DNA of 64,000 nucleotides from NCBI GenBank assembly GCA_049324875.1, contig JBMONC010000063.1:5012-69011 (forward strand). The letters run 5' to 3'. This stretch comes from Bacillota bacterium (GTDB lineage: Bacteria > Bacillota > Sulfobacillia > Symbiobacteriales > Symbiobacteriaceae). Below the pieces are notes generated by a model. The model did no database searches. It was not told the origin of the DNA and worked only from the letters and a program-made list of their open reading frames with translations. Positions within the stretch are counted from its first letter, which is position 1. Every line of letters begins with the position of its first letter. The translations under genes were made by a program, and so were the position numbers. Shown in pieces: positions 24,124 to 33,122 of the stretch.

Positions 24124-25608
24124 CTACTCCTCCTCTGCGGTTACGGTGATGGCGACCGAATCGGTCAGCAGGGTGGCCTCGGCGAAGGCCTCCTTCCGGT
24201 GGACGGTCCGGACCTCCGCCGCCAGGTCGGCGGTGGCGGGGGAGACCTCCCAGAGGGAGAGCTCCGGCTGCCCGCCCTCCCCCTCCTCCGGCTCCTCCAT
24301 CAGGGCGGTGGCGGAGGGGTCCAGGTAGAGGACGCCCGCCAGCTTCAGCCGGTGGATCTGCTCCCGGAGCCAGTCGGCCCGGTGCTTCATCTTGCCGGAT
24401 GGGACCGGGCCGTCGCAGAGCTGCTCCTCCGGCACCAGCACGGTGAAGGTGGCCAGCCGGCGGCCGATCCAGTGGAAGCGGATGGAGGCCGGGCCGGTCT
24501 GCACCGTGGCGGGCAGGGGGCGAAGGTCGCTCAGCTCCAGCGCCTCGTCGAGGGCGGGGAGCAGTCCCTGGGGGTTGGCCCCCACCAGCAGCCGCCAGCG
24601 GGAGGTGCCGAGCCCCAGCAGCGGGGGCCAGGGGATATTGGCGATGGGCACCGGGTCGGCGGAGCCGGGGGGGCCGGGCACCTCCGGGATGTCGGGCCCG
24701 GTGCGGATCTGCTTGCTCCACCGGACCAGGTGGAAGGGGCGGGCGGCGCTCTGCCGGGGCGGCGGGTCGGTCAGCCGCCAGGCCCGGTTGTCGCCGGCGA
24801 GGCCGCCGGTGCCGTAGAGCAGGTCGGGGGCGGGAGCGCCCCCCATGGTGACCGGCCCCTGCAGGGTGGCCGGGCCGTCCAGGTCTTGGATCTGATGGTG
24901 CTGCAGGTCGACCCGGAGCGTGGCGCCGGGCGGGATGAACCGGTTGACCAGCACCAGCCGGCGCAGGTCGCGCTGCAGCAGGATCGGCAGGGTGACCGGG
25001 CGCTCCCCGGCGGTGATCTCCACCACCGGCTCCGGGTAGGTGGGCGGGGTGAAGAAGTCGCCGGGGTCGGCGTAGGTGGCGTTCTCCACCTCCCACTTGT
25101 AGTCCGAGGCGGGGGTGATCACCACCTCCTGCCGGACGGGCGGCAGCTCCACCAGCCGGGCCTCGAAGCGCTGGGCCGGATCGGCCCGGCGGGCGTAGTG
25201 GCCGGATGTGGTAAACCGGTCGTTCAGAGGACCACCTCCCTGCGGCGCTCGCTCCGGCAGGACGATCTCGTCCAGCCGCGCGTCGGTGGCGGCGGCCACC
25301 ACCTCCAGCAGGCGGGGGGCGGTGGCGGCTCCGGCGAGGTAGATGCGGGCCATCTGCCCCACCCGGTGGCGAAACTCGCCCAGGTCCTCCTCGGGCCAGG
25401 GGACCAGGGCGAAGAGCGCCGCCAGCCGCTCGGCATCGTCGAGGTCGGCCAGGTGGTCGATAAACCGGGACTGCAGCAGCTGTCTGCCGTGCCGGTCCAG
25501 CACGGCAAGGGCGTCTCCCAGCGCCCCGGTCAGGCTGCGGATCACCGTCTGGGAGCCGGCCCGCCGGTAGGCGTCGGGGAGGAAGCGGAAGACCCGGTCG
25601 GCGCTCAT
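24124..25608 (-). CDS. Baseplate wedge protein, P2 gpI / Mu gp48-like N-terminal domain
   Basis: The N-terminus RFLPDAYRR...L..AL...L......L.....D.L...DAERLAALFALVPWPEEDLGEFRHRV matches the Tail_P2_I-type pattern. ATGA overlap with the baseplate J gene (25605-25608). Confidence 0.6.
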   Translation of the reverse strand: MSADRVFRFLPDAYRRAGSQTVIRSLTGALGDALAVLDRHGRQLLQSRFIDHLADLDDAERLAALFALVPWPEEDLGEFRHRVGQMARIYLAGAATAPRLLEVVAAATDARLDEIVLPERAPQGGGPLNDRFTTSGHYARRADPAQRFEARLVELPPVRQEVVITPASDYKWEVENATYADPGDFFTPPTYPEPVVEITAGERPVTLPILLQRDLRRLVLVNRFIPPGATLRVDLQHHQIQDLDGPATLQGPVTMGGAPAPDLLYGTGGLAGDNRAWRLTDPPPRQSAARPFHLVRWSKQIRTGPDIPEVPGPPGSADPVPIANIPWPPLLGLGTSRWRLLVGANPQGLLPALDEALELSDLRPLPATVQTGPASIRFHWIGRRLATFTVLVPEEQLCDGPVPSGKMKHRADWLREQIHRLKLAGVLYLDPSATALMEEPEEGEGGQPELSLWEVSPATADLAAEVRTVHRKEAFAEATLLTDSVAITVTAEEE

Positions 25609-27104
25609 GGCAGCTCCCCCCAGACCGGTCCGTCGGGATGGGGTTCCAGCCGGTCGGATGGACCGAGGTTGTAGGTCGGGAAGGCGGGGCTGAGGAAGGC
25701 CTCGCCGCCGCCCAGCAGGTCGATCACCTGGACCGCCACGGTGGCGCCCTCCAGGATGGCGCCGCCCGGCGCCCCCTTCGCAGCGGCCACCACCTCGGCA
25801 AAGGAGATGGCGGCAGGGCCGGCAAGATCGTTCTTGCCAGCCAGCACCTCCTCCACCGCCCGGGCGATGGCCGCCCGCGTGGTCGGGTCGGGCTCGACGG
25901 AGGCCCAGAGCCGGAGCTGGACGGTGGCCTCGCCGTCGAAGAGGATGGTGACGGCGGGGCCGTCCTCGGGCACCGTCAGCCGCTCCAGGGGCGACAGCGG
26001 GCCGGAGGGGATCTCCCGGGTGAGGCTCATCGGGCTGCCGTCCAGGGTGGCGGTCCCCTCGAGGATGTCCCGGACGCCGTCCAGGGAGAGCACCTTGGCC
26101 TGGACCGGGTTCCAGAGCAGCTTCTCGCCCACCTTGAGGCCGACGATCGCTCCCTGGACCGTCTGCTCGATGGCGCGGCGGAGCGCCTGTTTCTTGCCGG
26201 CGGAGAGGTTGGGGGTGCTGGGGAGCACCCTCAGCTGGATGGTGACGGTCCGGGTGGTGATCCCCCGGATGGAGACGAGGATGCCGGGCCCCTTGGTCCG
26301 GTTGATGGCGTCCCGGATCTCGCTGTAGGCGTTGGGGGCGGCCAGGTCGCCGTCCACCACCACCTCCAGCTGGCCGGGCTGCAGCCTGGGCAGCCCGTCC
26401 GAGTCGGCGTCCCGGAAGACCACCCCGGCGGCGTGGCCGGTGGCCAGGATCGCACGCTCCATCGCCTTGAGGGTGCCGCCGCCGGCGGCGTCGATCAGCC
26501 CCTTCACCCGCCTGCGCAGGTCGTCGTCGCTCTCCCGGTAGCCACGCTGGACGGTGGGCCGGGGGATGTCGACCCCGCCGATGCCCGCCAGCGGCACATC
26601 CTGCACCACCTGCCAGTCCAGCTCATCGGGCAGCAGGTGGGCGGTGGGCTCCTCCCCCTCGGCGGGGTCGGCCACCACGGGGACGGTGACGCTGTTCTGC
26701 CCCGGCTCCAGCTCCGCCTCGCGGCTGGTCCGGTAGTAGGCCAGGCCGCTGGGCTGCAGCTGGACCTTCAGCCGGGTCCCCTCGGGGATCACCACCCGGC
26801 CGGCCACCCGGGAGTCGCGGGTGAAGACCGCGTCGCCCACCACCTGCAGCCCGTCGATGCGGCGCTGTCCCAGGAGGGCGACCAGGAAGTCCAGCGACTC
26901 GCCGGTCGCGGTGTCGATGTAGCCCATCTCGTAGATGTGGGAGAGGCGGGCGTGCGCCTCGGCCAGCTCCCGCCCGAAGGCCTCCACCAGGGTGCGGACG
27001 ACGCTGCCGGGGTTGACATCGGTCAGCCGCCCCTCTTCCCGGAGCTGGGTCAGCATGCGGGTCACGATCTCTTCGTACCGGTACTTGCCTCCCGGTGGCT
27101 GCAT
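25605..27104 (-). CDS. Baseplate J-like protein (P2 gpJ / T4 gp6 / Mu gp47 family)
   Basis: YEEIVTRMLTQL...DVNPGSVVRTLVEAFGRELAEAHARLSHIYEMGYIDTATGESLDFLVALLGQRR is the typical Baseplate_J N-terminal pattern. 499 aa, following the gp25-like gene. Confidence 0.75.
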   Translation of the reverse strand: MQPPGGKYRYEEIVTRMLTQLREEGRLTDVNPGSVVRTLVEAFGRELAEAHARLSHIYEMGYIDTATGESLDFLVALLGQRRIDGLQVVGDAVFTRDSRVAGRVVIPEGTRLKVQLQPSGLAYYRTSREAELEPGQNSVTVPVVADPAEGEEPTAHLLPDELDWQVVQDVPLAGIGGVDIPRPTVQRGYRESDDDLRRRVKGLIDAAGGGTLKAMERAILATGHAAGVVFRDADSDGLPRLQPGQLEVVVDGDLAAPNAYSEIRDAINRTKGPGILVSIRGITTRTVTIQLRVLPSTPNLSAGKKQALRRAIEQTVQGAIVGLKVGEKLLWNPVQAKVLSLDGVRDILEGTATLDGSPMSLTREIPSGPLSPLERLTVPEDGPAVTILFDGEATVQLRLWASVEPDPTTRAAIARAVEEVLAGKNDLAGPAAISFAEVVAAAKGAPGGAILEGATVAVQVIDLLGGGEAFLSPAFPTYNLGPSDRLEPHPDGPVWGELP

Positions 27105-27107
27105 AGG

Positions 27108-27557
27108 TCAGTCCGCCTCCACCTGCCCCGGTTCCAGGGCAAAGCTCAGGGTCACATCGATCGGATCGGCCTTGCCGACCGGCTGCACGCTCAGCTGGAT
27201 CAGGAGGGTGCCGGGAAGGGTCGGGTCCGGGGAGACCTCCAGGCTGGTGACGGCGGCGATCCGGGGCTCCCGGCGCAGCGCCTCCCGCACGTAGGCCCGG
27301 GCCAGGGCCAGCACCTCCGGGCTGACCAGCCGGCCGATCAGCAGGTGGAGCCGGCTCCCGAAGTCGGGGTGGCCCAGGTGGGCCAGGTCGCCCTGGTAGA
27401 CGCCCAGCCGGAGCCAGATCGCCTGCTCCAGGTTGGCCCACCCCGAGACGGTGGCCAGGTCGCCCCCCAGGGAGACCAGCCGCAGGGCGCTCCCCATGGT
27501 CCGCCCGTGCTGGAGGGCCAGGTCGGTGCCCAGGTCGGGCCGCTCCATCCTCCTCAC
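27108..27557 (-). CDS. Baseplate wedge protein, GPW/gp25 family
   Basis: GDLAHLGHPDFGSRLHLLIG......LALARAYVREALRREPRIAAVTSLEV matches the gp25/gpW pattern. The GTG 27557 start overlaps the PAAR stop; ATG 27548 is an alternative. Confidence 0.7.
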   Translation of the reverse strand: MRRMERPDLGTDLALQHGRTMGSALRLVSLGGDLATVSGWANLEQAIWLRLGVYQGDLAHLGHPDFGSRLHLLIGRLVSPEVLALARAYVREALRREPRIAAVTSLEVSPDPTLPGTLLIQLSVQPVGKADPIDVTLSFALEPGQVEAD

Positions 27558-27943
27558 CCCCCGATGATGACGGTGCCCGTCCCCATCACCGTGCCCACCG
27601 GCAGGTCTGCCGGGTCGTTGCAGGTGGTGGCGGTGTCGCCCGTGCGGGCGGCGGGCTGGCCGTTGATCAGGACGCTGCTGCTGCCCAGGAGCACCTGCCC
27701 CTGGTTGGCGGGCGGCCGCTGGAAGGGGCCGCCCTGCGGGATGTGGGGCGGGCTGTTGTCGGCGGTGGAGCCGAGGATCGCCGCCGGCATTCCGCCGATG
27801 TTGACGTCACCGGAGAGGCCGCCGGAGAGGATGCCGGCGAAGGGATGGGGGAGCGGGGTCGGCGTGCTGTAGGGCGGCAGGAGCACGATGTGGGTGTCGG
27901 TAGCCAGGATCTGATCGCCCTGCTTCGCTGCGGGCATGCCCAT
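27554..27943 (-). CDS. PAAR-domain spike-tip protein
   Basis: PAAR-type motifs GGMPAAILGS and NGQPAARTGD, plus KQGD near the N-terminus. ATG 27943 (GAAGGAGG 9 nt upstream) is preferred over GTG 27952, which abuts the SD. Confidence 0.8.
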   Translation of the reverse strand: MGMPAAKQGDQILATDTHIVLLPPYSTPTPLPHPFAGILSGGLSGDVNIGGMPAAILGSTADNSPPHIPQGGPFQRPPANQGQVLLGSSSVLINGQPAARTGDTATTCNDPADLPVGTVMGTGTVIIGG

Positions 27944-27957
27944 CGGCAGCACCTCCT

Positions 27958-28656
27958 TCAGTTGATGTTGACCACCGAGCCCTTCAGCTCGGCGGTGGCG
28001 CCGGCGTTCAGCTTCAGGTTGGCCCCCGCCTTGATCTCCAGGCTCCCCTGGGCCTCGATGGTCAGGTTGCCGTTCCCCTGCAGGGCGATGTCCCCCCCGT
28101 CCTTGAGGGTGAGGCTGGAGCCGGAGGTGGTGAGGGTCGCCTCGCCGGCCTCGGCGTCGATGGTCAGGGTCAGACTCCCCACCGCCGCCTCCACCCGCTT
28201 GTCGGTCACCGTCAGGGTGAGGTCGGAGGGGAGCTTCAGGGTGAAGGAGCGGCTGCCGTTCCGGCCGCCCTTCAGCGCCAGCTCCAGCCGGTCCGACTCG
28301 CCGGCGTCCGGCGGGAGGTGGGTGACGATCTCGCCCGGGCCGTAGGGGGGTGGGCGGAGCTGGTCGCTGTAGAACCGACCGGCGATCACCGGCTGGTCAG
28401 GGTCGCCGCCCACGAAGTGGACCAGGACCAGGTCGCCCTTGGCCGGCGGGGCGGCTGTGCCCAGGTGATCGGTGGCGAGGGGCACACCGGTCAGGAGCAG
28501 GTCCCGGCCCCGGAGGCGCACATCGCAGCCGTAGTTCTCGTTGTCAGAGGGGTCGGAATGGGCCGCTGCCGCCTCCACCACCCCGATCTGGCTGGGGATG
28601 TGGTGGGCCAGCTCGGCCCGGATCAGCTCCCGGAGCAGGGCGACGATGTCGGACAC
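27958..28656 (-). CDS. Central spike protein (gpV / Mu gp45 / VgrG-like OB-fold plus beta-helix)
   Basis: N-terminal Phage_base_V-like region (GVVEAAAAHSD...YGCDVRLRGRDLLLTGVPLATDHLG...GDLVLVHFVGGD.DQPVIAGRFY). The C-terminus has beta-helix repeats (LTLTVTD..VEAAVGSLTLTIDAEAGEATLTTSGSSLTLKDGGDIALQGNGNLTIEAQGSLEIKAGANLKLNAGA). Confidence 0.75.
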   Translation of the reverse strand: MSDIVALLRELIRAELAHHIPSQIGVVEAAAAHSDPSDNENYGCDVRLRGRDLLLTGVPLATDHLGTAAPPAKGDLVLVHFVGGDPDQPVIAGRFYSDQLRPPPYGPGEIVTHLPPDAGESDRLELALKGGRNGSRSFTLKLPSDLTLTVTDKRVEAAVGSLTLTIDAEAGEATLTTSGSSLTLKDGGDIALQGNGNLTIEAQGSLEIKAGANLKLNAGATAELKGSVVNIN

Positions 28657-28660
28657 GCAC

Positions 28661-29617
28661 TCACACCCCGATTCGGTTCAGCTCCAGGCGGGTGACGAGC
28701 CCGGCCTGGGCGTCCCAGACGATGGTGATCCCGGCCAGCCGCACCGGCTCGGGGGCCGGGCTGAAACCGGTCAGCAGGAGCGCCTCGCCCAGGTCGGCCG
28801 GCGGGAGGCCCGCCAGCACCAGGTGCCGGCGGTGGCTGCTCTCCTTGGCCCGCAGGGCCAGGGTGGCGGCGGCTCTGGTCACATCCGCCGCCGTCTTCAG
28901 GCCGGGCATGTGGCGGCTGTGGCTGCCGTCGCCGGCGGCGACGGCCTCCAGGGACTGGAGCAGCCAGCTCTCCGCCCCCGGACCCCTGGCGCCCATGGCG
29001 CCATCCCCCGTCAGCCGGGTTCCGGGGGGATCGTCGGGCCCATCCTCGGCCTGGTAGTCGATCACCGGATCCTCCCGGCGGAGGGTGGCCACCGGGGTGG
29101 GGAGCGGACTCTCCACCCGGAGCTGGCCCGCCGTGTCGGTGCGGACCAGCAGGCCGGAGATGGCGGCCAGCCGGAGGATGTGGTCCATGCCGCTGGGGCC
29201 GAAGTGGAGGGCGTAGGCGGGCAGGGTGGCGCCGGGGGGCTCCACCACCGCCGGGACCCCGGCCTCCTGGCAGAGCTCGCTGATCAGCTTGGCCGCCGTG
29301 GTGGAGCGGACCGCCCTGTCGGTGTGGAGCCGGGCCAGGGGGCCGGTGGCCTCCTCGATCAGCAGGCGGGTTCCCCAGGAGCCCACCTGCCGCCGGAGCA
29401 GCCGGCCGGTGAAGAGCGGCCGGGCCTGGCCGGAGCCGGAAGCGCCGCTGATCTGCAGCTTCGCCCCCGCCTCCGGGGGCTCCACCGCCGGGGAGAGCAC
29501 CACCTCGGCCTGCCCCACCGGCCACGCCAGCGAGCGGCGCAGCCGGAGGGCGGCCAGCGGGATCGGGCCGGCGGCCGGGGGCGCCCCGACCGGCCGGAGG
29601 TGAATGGTGGGTCGCAT
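28661..29617 (-). CDS. Baseplate hub protein (P2 gpD / Mu gp44 / XkdQ-like)
   Basis: 318 aa, immediately upstream of the spike gene. Size, position and pattern (..LFTGRLLRR......TRLLIEEATGPLARL....RS.....AAKLISELCQEAGV...) fit late-control-D/hub proteins. ATG 29617 has a GGGAGGAGGGGG SD. Confidence 0.55.
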   Translation of the reverse strand: MRPTIHLRPVGAPPAAGPIPLAALRLRRSLAWPVGQAEVVLSPAVEPPEAGAKLQISGASGSGQARPLFTGRLLRRQVGSWGTRLLIEEATGPLARLHTDRAVRSTTAAKLISELCQEAGVPAVVEPPGATLPAYALHFGPSGMDHILRLAAISGLLVRTDTAGQLRVESPLPTPVATLRREDPVIDYQAEDGPDDPPGTRLTGDGAMGARGPGAESWLLQSLEAVAAGDGSHSRHMPGLKTAADVTRAAATLALRAKESSHRRHLVLAGLPPADLGEALLLTGFSPAPEPVRLAGITIVWDAQAGLVTRLELNRIGV

Positions 29618-29642
29618 GGCACCCCCTCCTCCCGGCCCAGGG

Positions 29643-30242
29643 TTATGCGGTCACGGTCAGCGCCTCACCCAGCAGGTCGATGCAGCCGGAGGCGTAGGCG
29701 ACGAAGTCGGCGATGGCGGCCCCGGCCTGCGCCACGTTGACGATGTCGTTCAGCGGCCCCATGATCGCCTCGGTGTCGAAGCTGGAGCCGGCCGCCTCGT
29801 TGATCACCCCGGCGATGGCCGGGAAGAGGCCGTACTTGCCGTCAACGGGCTGGTAGTTGTAGCCGGGGCTGGTGGCGTGGGGCGAGTTGAGGGCGACGAA
29901 GGCCTGGTACCGGGTCCCCACCTCATCGCCCAGCTCGTTGGCGGTGTTCTCGATCTCCTTGACCACATCCTGGAGCCCCTTGGTCATCGCCTCGATGGCG
30001 GAGTTGATGGCCGAACTGCCGGGCAGGCCGCCCAGGAGCTCGTTGATCTTGGTCTTCAGGCCGGGGTCGGTGGTGAGCGACTCCATATAGTCGGTGATGG
30101 AGTCCTCGGCGCTCTCGCCCCAGATCTTGTCGGGGTCGAAGGCGCCGCCGGTGATCACCTCGCAGAGCTCGCGCAGGGCCGCATCCACATCCTTCAGCTT
30201 CTGGGGCAGGGCGTTGTACTTGGCCGTCCGGTTCGTCGCCAC
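29643..30242 (-). CDS. Tail-locus protein of unknown function (199 aa, predicted helical)
   Basis: GTG 30242 with AAAGGAGGAG 8 nt upstream. High GC3, no signal peptide and no LysM motif. It occupies the slot between the tube-initiator-like and hub genes. Confidence 0.55.
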   Translation of the reverse strand: MATNRTAKYNALPQKLKDVDAALRELCEVITGGAFDPDKIWGESAEDSITDYMESLTTDPGLKTKINELLGGLPGSSAINSAIEAMTKGLQDVVKEIENTANELGDEVGTRYQAFVALNSPHATSPGYNYQPVDGKYGLFPAIAGVINEAAGSSFDTEAIMGPLNDIVNVAQAGAAIADFVAYASGCIDLLGEALTVTA

Positions 30243-30261
30243 GGAATACTCCTCCTTTGCA

Positions 30262-30891
30262 TTAGCCGCCCCAGGCGGTGATCGCCCGGCCGGCCTTGGA
30301 CAGGATCTCCTCGATCACACCCAACCCTTCCACCGCCTCCATCACCGTCTCCACCATCTCCACGGCGTCCTCGGCGGCGGCGAGCGCCTCGTCCAGGGCA
30401 GCCTTGGCGGCGGCGGCCTCGGCCAGGGCGCCGGCGGCGGCATCCACCGCGGCGCCTGCGGCCTCATCGACGGCGGAGGCGATCTCGCCGAGAACGCCGG
30501 CGTCGAAGCCGCCGGCGGTGGGCGGGGGCGGCGGCACATAGCGGACCAGTTCCATCTGGTACTCGTAGTAGTCAAGCCGGCCGGGCGGCTGGTAGACCTG
30601 AAGGCGGGCCACCATCACCTGCTCGATATTGGCGGCGACGGCGGCGCTGGCGGCGAAGTCCAGGGGCTCGCCCCGCTGCATCGCCTGCCGCAGCGCCTCC
30701 AGGCGGTTGCCCGCCTCGCTGCCCAGGGCCACCCCCGCCAGCCAGATGCGGGCGCCGGCCTGGCCCAGGTCCTGGACCAGGTCCCCCTCCGCACCGGGCC
30801 ACGGGTGGATCGCCAGCCGGCGGGACTCATCGATCGCCAGCCCGGTCACCCGGTCCAGCTCCAGATCGCCGAGGATCACCGCTTCTGCCAC
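30262..30891 (-). CDS. Tube-initiator-like protein (Mu gp43 'DNA circulation' N-terminal-domain-like)
   Basis: The N-terminal ~125 aa (RLAIHPWPGAEGDLVQDLGQAGARIWLAGVALGSEAGNRLEALRQAMQRGEPLDF...) resemble the DNA_circ_N pattern. The C-terminal half is Ala-rich and low-complexity. Positioned between the tape-measure slot and the hub. Confidence 0.45.
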   Translation of the reverse strand: MAEAVILGDLELDRVTGLAIDESRRLAIHPWPGAEGDLVQDLGQAGARIWLAGVALGSEAGNRLEALRQAMQRGEPLDFAASAAVAANIEQVMVARLQVYQPPGRLDYYEYQMELVRYVPPPPPTAGGFDAGVLGEIASAVDEAAGAAVDAAAGALAEAAAAKAALDEALAAAEDAVEMVETVMEAVEGLGVIEEILSKAGRAITAWGG

Positions 30892-30895
30892 CGAA

Positions 30896-31957
30896 TTACC
30901 CCCCCTTCAGGTCCAGGCCGTGCCGGAGGGCGTCCTCCCGCAGGATCCGGGCCAGCTGCTCCCGGAGCTGCTCCCGGGCGGCGAGGCTGGGGGCCGGGCC
31001 CGGGGCCCGGCTGGCCGGGCGGAGATCGGTGGGAGGGTCTGGTGGGAGTTGCCCCAGGCTCCATGCGGGCCCCATCGCGGCGGCCACCTGTCTCAGCGCC
31101 GGGATCTCGACCCCCGGGGGCAGGGCAATGCCGGGAGGAGCGCTCCCGCCGCCGGTGGCTGGGGCCTCGGCGCGGGGGTCATGGCGAGAGGGCGCCGGCG
31201 CGGGGGTCGGGGGGCGTGGGGCGGTCAGCCGGGCCGCCAGGGCGGTGCGCCGCTGCTCCCGGGCGGCGAGGGCGGCCCTGAGGGCACTCCCTTCCACGGG
31301 TGTGGAAGGCTCATGCAAGGGATGCGTCAGGGGCGTGCCAGGATCATGCTGCCCCTCCGTTCCCCCGGTCGAGTCCCGCATCTGCCGCCCGGATGCTTCA
31401 TGCGGTGATATGGCGGGCGTATGCATTGGCTGTGCGGAATCATCCGCTGGCCGTGCGGGCTGCTCGAGGGATGGGTTCATGGCTCGTGTCCGCCTCATGG
31501 CAGGCCTCATGGCAGGCCGATCTGGCGAGGCCGGAGGCCGGTTGGAGGCCATTCCTTCCCCGTTGCCGGCGGGGGTCCCCCGCGCCGGTGGGTCGGCCCC
31601 ATCGCGTGACCCGGGTGTTCCAGGCCGGTGCCAGGGTTGTGGCAGCCCCATTTCAGGCGCATGCCAGGGTGATACCAGTCCCATTTCAGGCGCATGCCAG
31701 GCTTGGGCAAGCCCCATTCCAGGCAGGTCCGAGGGTGACGCCAGGCCTGTTCCGGACACCTGCCGGGGATGTGACAGGCGGGTTCCGCCTGCCTGCCAGG
31801 GGGGCGGGGGCCTCCCCGCGGGCGCATGGGGGCCTCCCGCCAGACCCAGCGCCCGGCAGACCCGCTCCCGCCGACCCCCCCGTGCCGAAGAGCGGGCCAG
31901 TACCAGGGCCAGAAAGCCCAGCAGACCCGGGCTGAAGCTGGGGAAGCGGCTAGTCAT
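30896..31957 (-). CDS. Pro/Ala/Arg-rich low-complexity protein in the tape-measure position
   Basis: The only through-going ORF in operon orientation. ATG 31957 overlaps the upstream stop (ATGACTAG), and the stop lies 4 nt before the next start. N-terminal hydrophobic segment (GLLGFLALVLA). 33-bp tandem repeats encode P(G/E)MGLxxPWHA. The C-terminal ~100 aa have normal high GC3 and end in a helical LREQLARILREDALRHGLDLKGG. Confidence 0.4.
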   Translation of the reverse strand: MTSRFPSFSPGLLGFLALVLARSSARGGRRERVCRALGLAGGPHAPAGRPPPPWQAGGTRLSHPRQVSGTGLASPSDLPGMGLAQAWHAPEMGLVSPWHAPEMGLPQPWHRPGTPGSRDGADPPARGTPAGNGEGMASNRPPASPDRPAMRPAMRRTRAMNPSLEQPARPADDSAQPMHTPAISPHEASGRQMRDSTGGTEGQHDPGTPLTHPLHEPSTPVEGSALRAALAAREQRRTALAARLTAPRPPTPAPAPSRHDPRAEAPATGGGSAPPGIALPPGVEIPALRQVAAAMGPAWSLGQLPPDPPTDLRPASRAPGPAPSLAAREQLREQLARILREDALRHGLDLKGG

Positions 31958-32714
31958 CCTCCACAATGATCCGGTTCACCCCCTCCCCCTGCTGGGCAGC
32001 GGCTGCCTGCGCCGGCCCCCGGTCGACCAGCCGAAGGGCTGCCAGCAGCCGCTCGGCCAGGCGGGCGTCCATCCGCTCCACCTGCTCGGGCCGCCAGCCA
32101 AAGTGCTGGCAGAGGTAGAGCAGCGCCAGATCCGGGTGGTCATACCCCTGGCGGACCGAGGCCTCCAGGATCGCCGCCTGCTCCTCCGCCACCCCGTTGA
32201 GCCGGTCCAGCGCCTGGATCACCACCTCGCCCAGCGCCACCGGCCACTCGGCGATGGCCTGGGGGCCGATGTGCTCCCCCTCCTCGGTGGTGACGCAGGA
32301 CTGGAGCATCTGCATCTCGTAGGCCGCCAGGTCGACGGAGACCCGCCCGTCCACCAGCCGGAGCGACCGGCGGAGCGCCTCGTTCCGCTCGCCGAAGGTC
32401 CACGGGTGGAGGCGAAGCTCGACTCCCGTCCCCCTGACCCGCCATACCTCCAGCCCTTCGAGCACCTCAAGCCGCAGGGCGAGCCGCTCCTCCTCCACCG
32501 CCCGCAGGGCGGCGGCCATCAGCTGATCGCCCACCCCCACCGGGAGGGCCCGGATCGTCTCCCGGCTCTCTCCCTCCAGGCAGGCCAGCAGACACTCCTC
32601 CAGCAGGCGAGCGCTGTCGCCCGCCCCCCGCTCCAGCGCCTGGGTCCAGCGCCACCAGCGGGGGGCTTGCACCGTGTACTGCCGGTCTCCGATCGACAAG
32701 GTCCGGGCGCCCAT
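31950..32714 (-). CDS. Putative tail assembly chaperone (positional call)
   Basis: 254 aa, starting 3 nt after the tube gene stop and overlapping the next gene by 8 nt. It occupies the gpE/gpG-like chaperone slot between the tube and tape-measure positions. No motif recognised. Confidence 0.35.
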   Translation of the reverse strand: MGARTLSIGDRQYTVQAPRWWRWTQALERGAGDSARLLEECLLACLEGESRETIRALPVGVGDQLMAAALRAVEEERLALRLEVLEGLEVWRVRGTGVELRLHPWTFGERNEALRRSLRLVDGRVSVDLAAYEMQMLQSCVTTEEGEHIGPQAIAEWPVALGEVVIQALDRLNGVAEEQAAILEASVRQGYDHPDLALLYLCQHFGWRPEQVERMDARLAERLLAALRLVDRGPAQAAAAQQGEGVNRIIVEDD

Positions 32715-32717
32715 GGG

Positions 32718-33104
32718 CTAGCGCTCCCGGGTGGCCGAGAAGTGGTAGATCACCTCGACCACCCCGCCCGCCGCCAGCCCGAAGGACTTGCCGTGCAGCT
32801 GGCACTCGTCCAGGGTGACCTCCTTGGCCACCTCGCCCTCCGCCGTGACGTGCTTGAGCGAGGCGAAGATCTGGAAGCTCTCCTTGGACTGGAGCAGCCG
32901 CTCCAGCTCGTCGCTGGCAGAGCGGATCCGGAGCGTCCCGGTGATCCGGGTCATGCCGTAGACCACCCCCACCCGCTCATCCGTCCCGATGGCGGCGATC
33001 TCGGTCTGGGGCTTCACCGTCTGGTAGGTGATCTCCTGAAGCCCGGCCAGCGCCGTGCCGTTGACCAGCACGTTCGACCGGTTCGCCGAAAGAATCGTGG
33101 CCAC
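32718..33104 (-). CDS. Tail tube protein (XkdM / myophage tube-like)
   Basis: 128 aa, GTG 33104 with GGAAGGAGG 7 nt upstream, 18 nt after the sheath stop. Size, position and beta-rich sequence (VLVNGTALAGLQEITYQTVKPQTEIAAIG...ITGTLRI...) fit a tube protein. It lacks the ..NITLKRG..W.. signature seen in the gene at 16631. Confidence 0.65.
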   Translation of the reverse strand: MATILSANRSNVLVNGTALAGLQEITYQTVKPQTEIAAIGTDERVGVVYGMTRITGTLRIRSASDELERLLQSKESFQIFASLKHVTAEGEVAKEVTLDECQLHGKSFGLAAGGVVEVIYHFSATRER

Positions 33105-33122
33105 GCGACTGCCTCCTTCCGG

